A DNA stretch of 63,151 nt, filler included, from Octopus bimaculoides (taxonomy: Eukaryota), in the NCBI RefSeq assembly GCF_001194135.2. It is 5 parts of 5 records of this genome, joined end to end, with 100 filler letters (N's around TTAATTAATTAA, not from the genome) between each part and the next. Parts side by side here need not be neighbours in the genome. Positions count along the whole stretch, not along the records: positions 54,578 to 61,868 come from NC_068981.1; positions 61,969 to 63,151 come from NC_068995.1; 3 more parts are not named here. The stretch is one strand, 5' to 3'. The position numbers and the translations under genes were made by a program. The notes below the pieces were generated by a model. That model was not told the origin of the DNA. It saw only the letters and a list, made by a program, of their open reading frames with translations, and ran no database searches. Shown piece by piece: positions 61,057-63,151 of the stretch. The first letter of the stretch is position 1; each line of letters starts with the position of its first letter.

Positions 61057-61419
61057 GGTTTCAAATTTTGGCACATGGCCAGCAATTTTAGGAGGAGGGG
61101 TCAATCAGTTACATTGGTGCCAATGTTCAACTGGTACTTACCCTGAAAGGAGGAAATGCAAAGTCAGCTTCAGCAGGATTTAAACTCAAATCATACAGAG
61201 CCTGACATGCTAATAATTGAGTCTTCTCATTGCTTTAACTCTACACTAACTTCATTCAGCCAAAGCCCAAAGCATTATGGGAACTTTGCAATTCTCACAA
61301 TAGCTTTGAAGAAACGCCTTAGATATGTGTGTGCATGTGTGCATGCATGTATATATGTACATATATGCATAATGTCAGTGTAAAAGTGTGCATGTATGTA
61401 TATATATATATGTGTGTGT

Positions 61420-61455
<36 letters not shown>

Positions 61456-61832
61456 GTGTATTGATTTAGTACGGTGTGTGATATTTTCTATGGAATAAAT
61501 GTGATAAAAGAAAATTGGGTATCTTTAGACATGAAATGCATAAATCAATAGGGTATCAGTTCATGTATCAAAAGTTTGGACCTGATGAAGATTCTTCTTT
61601 GAGATTCTGGGGCATTAGATACCAGATAATTTGAAAAAGACTCCTCATCTAAAGAAAGCAATGAGAAATAACTTCACTATATTCTCTGGTGAAAATATTT
61701 TAGATGCTTTGTTTATAGCATCACCAACAGTTATTTTTAACTGAATATGTACATGCACATGTCTCTCTCTCTCTCTCCCTCTTCATCTCTCTCTCTCTCT
61801 CTCTCTCCCTCTTCACTTCTCTCTTTCACTCT

Positions 61833-61868
<36 letters not shown>

Positions 61869-62687
61869 NNNNNNNNNNNNNNNNNNNNNNNNNNNNNNNN
61901 NNNNNNNNNNNNTTAATTAATTAANNNNNNNNNNNNNNNNNNNNNNNNNNNNNNNNNNNNNNNNNNNNACACACACACACACACACACATATACATATAT
62001 AGATACAACACTACCACCAACGCTTCCACTGACTTCACCACCACCGCCAACAACAACACCAACCATACCAACCAAGTTTGAATAACGATATGGAGTGGTT
62101 AGGTTAATCTTACTTGAGAATTAACTAAATTTTCTGTTGGTGTGCAGTCAAAGAGAGAGAGAGTAGGGGAGAGAGAGAGAGAGGGGAGAGAGAGAGGGGG
62201 AGAGAGAGAGAGTCAATTGAATTGACCTTATATTTTGATGGTGTTTATTTTATCGATCGTGGGTGGGAGATAAGCAGAATCAAATCCCAGTGGGATTTGA
62301 ACTTCAAACGTTGCGATAAGAAGGTAGATATATATGTAACATATAGAGTCCGGCGCTGCAACATGTCTGTCAAATCTGCCAACAATAACAACCATTTGTT
62401 GTTTTGTTTTGTTTTATTATTATTAGTTTTTGTTGTTGTTTTGTTTTGTTTATTTGTCAATCATATTTTCCATGATTCCTTGCTCCGTTCTCTGCACCGT
62501 CACCACGCGGCTGTTCTATCTTTAATACCTCCCCTCTGGCCAATATAAATACATACATATGTTCATGTATGTATGTATGTATATCTATATATATGTATGT
62601 ATGTATCTATTTATATACACAAACACGTATACATATATACACACGGTTACAAATATACACATGATGTAATAATCTAAGAATGTATAT

Positions 62688-62740
<53 letters not shown>

Positions 62741-63151
62741 CACCTACATACTTACATACAAACATACGTATATGAATACACACGTACACACGTACATTCA
62801 CACACACACAAATATATATATTACCGTGATGCGCTCATTAATTAAATTATTTTTAACAGCAACGCCGCCACACGAAACGCACAGGCATTCCCCAAACGAC
62901 ACAGAAGATTCGTTGAGCCAAAATTAAACAAATAACGAATATCTAAAGTAAAGTTCGTTGATTGGAGTTACGGCTGGAAATAGAAACAGTTGTTCAATGT
63001 GAAGATTTACCGTTACCACGTGCTCCATTTTCATATCTAGGCGTTGGTCCTACAATATCTGCGTTTTAGCAACTCTCGATTTCGAAAATAGAGATAATTT
63101 TTAAAGAATATACAGCGCTCGAAATTATCATTATTATTATTATTATTATTA

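Noticed and set aside
61575-61640. CCTGATGAAG as a hammerhead start
   Set aside because: No stem II followed by GAAA, and no stem I partner.

Overview
AT-rich, repeat-dense metazoan draft-assembly scaffold, about 13% N. The SINE families and microsatellite density look cephalopod/octopus-like (inference from family resemblance, not proven). I find no intact protein-coding gene, tRNA, rRNA or CRISPR array. Nearly all ORFs in the track are microsatellite or gap artefacts, or decayed retroelement pieces. Recognisable content: three tRNA-derived SINE families (called A, B, C here); decayed LINEs (HERO, R4/Dong, RTE, CR1, L1/Tx1-like); an internally deleted mariner; several MITEs and fold-backs; and a U2 snRNA fragment. 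The main discovery is hammerhead ribozyme motifs in three unrelated small elements. (1) A SINE-like unit made of a tRNA-Ser-like Pol III head, (AAT)n, a minimal type-I hammerhead and a repeat tail, present as an inverted pair (11835-12390). (2) A highly structured tandem array with a ~345-nt unit and an extended type-I hammerhead, i.e. retrozyme-like (2765-3904). (3) A lone minimal hammerhead (25155-25200). Other signals: RTE 3' ends with C2H2 fingers stacked in (TACA)n, a nest of R4/Dong elements at (TAA)n, a CR1 3' tail shared with SINE B, and a CpG-depleted block bounded by two placeholder gaps. All calls were made by eye with no database searches.
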